DNA of 64,000 nucleotides, taken from Mobula hypostoma (taxonomy: Eukaryota). This document shows, piece by piece, positions 63,801 through 64,000 of this stretch (position 1 is the first letter of the stretch; every line of letters begins with the position of its first letter). The stretch is taken from assembly GCF_963921235.1 (NCBI RefSeq), contig NC_086097.1:169634001-169698000 (forward strand), read 5' to 3'. Made by a program: the position numbers and the translations under genes. The notes under the pieces are model-generated. The model worked only from the letters and a program-made list of their open reading frames with translations. It was not told where the DNA came from and did no database searches.

Positions 63801-64000
63801 CCTGCCACTTTTACTTTTCTCCTTTGTACTTTTTGCTTCTACCCTCACTTTACACCCCTCTGTCTCTCTGCACTGGTTCCCATCCCCCTGTTGTGAACTA
63901 ACCTCCTCACGCCTAGCCTCTTTAATTTGATTCCCACCCCCCAACCATTCTAGTTTAAAGTCACCTCAGTAGCCCCCACTAATCTCCCTGCCAGGATATT
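60815..64000 (-). mobile_element. Young, nearly intact CR1 LINE: ORF1 C-terminus, ORF2 and 3' UTR; continues beyond the window
   Basis: ORF1 end NILAGRLVGATEVTLN* (64000-63950); ORF2 with APE endonuclease and RT; tail (TTTCTATG)n at 60815-60836. Confidence 0.97.
60912..63965 (-). pseudogene. CR1 ORF2 (endonuclease-reverse transcriptase), one continuous frame with a single premature TGA at 61539-61541
   Basis: ORFs 61539-63944 and 60912-61511 are in the same frame, joined by GEVQ*DLGVIIHRSLKV; motifs NARS, ITETW, GDFN, SDH, YRPVSL, DFQKAFD, GVPQGS, FADD are all intact. Confidence 0.93.

Noticed and set aside
1..64000. CRISPR arrays, operons or other prokaryotic systems
   Set aside because: The sequence is intron-containing vertebrate DNA; no regularly spaced repeat-spacer array was seen.

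Overview
Vertebrate genomic DNA, probably a cartilaginous fish (an inference from the repeat families). The window holds the 3' part of a PTPN2 (TC-PTP) gene on the + strand. Six coding exons with canonical splice sites lie at 12299-40601, with intact [13 protein letters not shown] and Q-loop motifs and a TC48-type hydrophobic tail; a probable TC45-type alternative last exon starts near 44646. The rest is a dense, often nested field of mobile elements: CR1 and Rex1/Babar LINEs, Penelope-like elements (PLEs) of two families, a decayed BEL/Pao LTR element with a related solo LTR, an IR/DR-type Tc1, a hAT-like deletion derivative, a TA-target MITE and SINEs. Main points of interest: (1) a nearly intact CR1 whose ORF2 has no AUG before its endonuclease domain and overlaps the ORF1 end in the -1 frame at a U_UUA_AAC slippery heptamer, suggesting programmed -1 frameshifting; (2) minimal, dimer-type hammerhead ribozyme motifs in the PLE 3' tails; (3) a ~1.2 kb near-perfect palindromic PLE insertion with a 14-bp TSD in a PTPN2 intron; (4) PTP1B-like features and alternative splice sites in PTPN2. 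Boundaries of old repeats are approximate. Comparisons with human sequences are from memory, not from an alignment.
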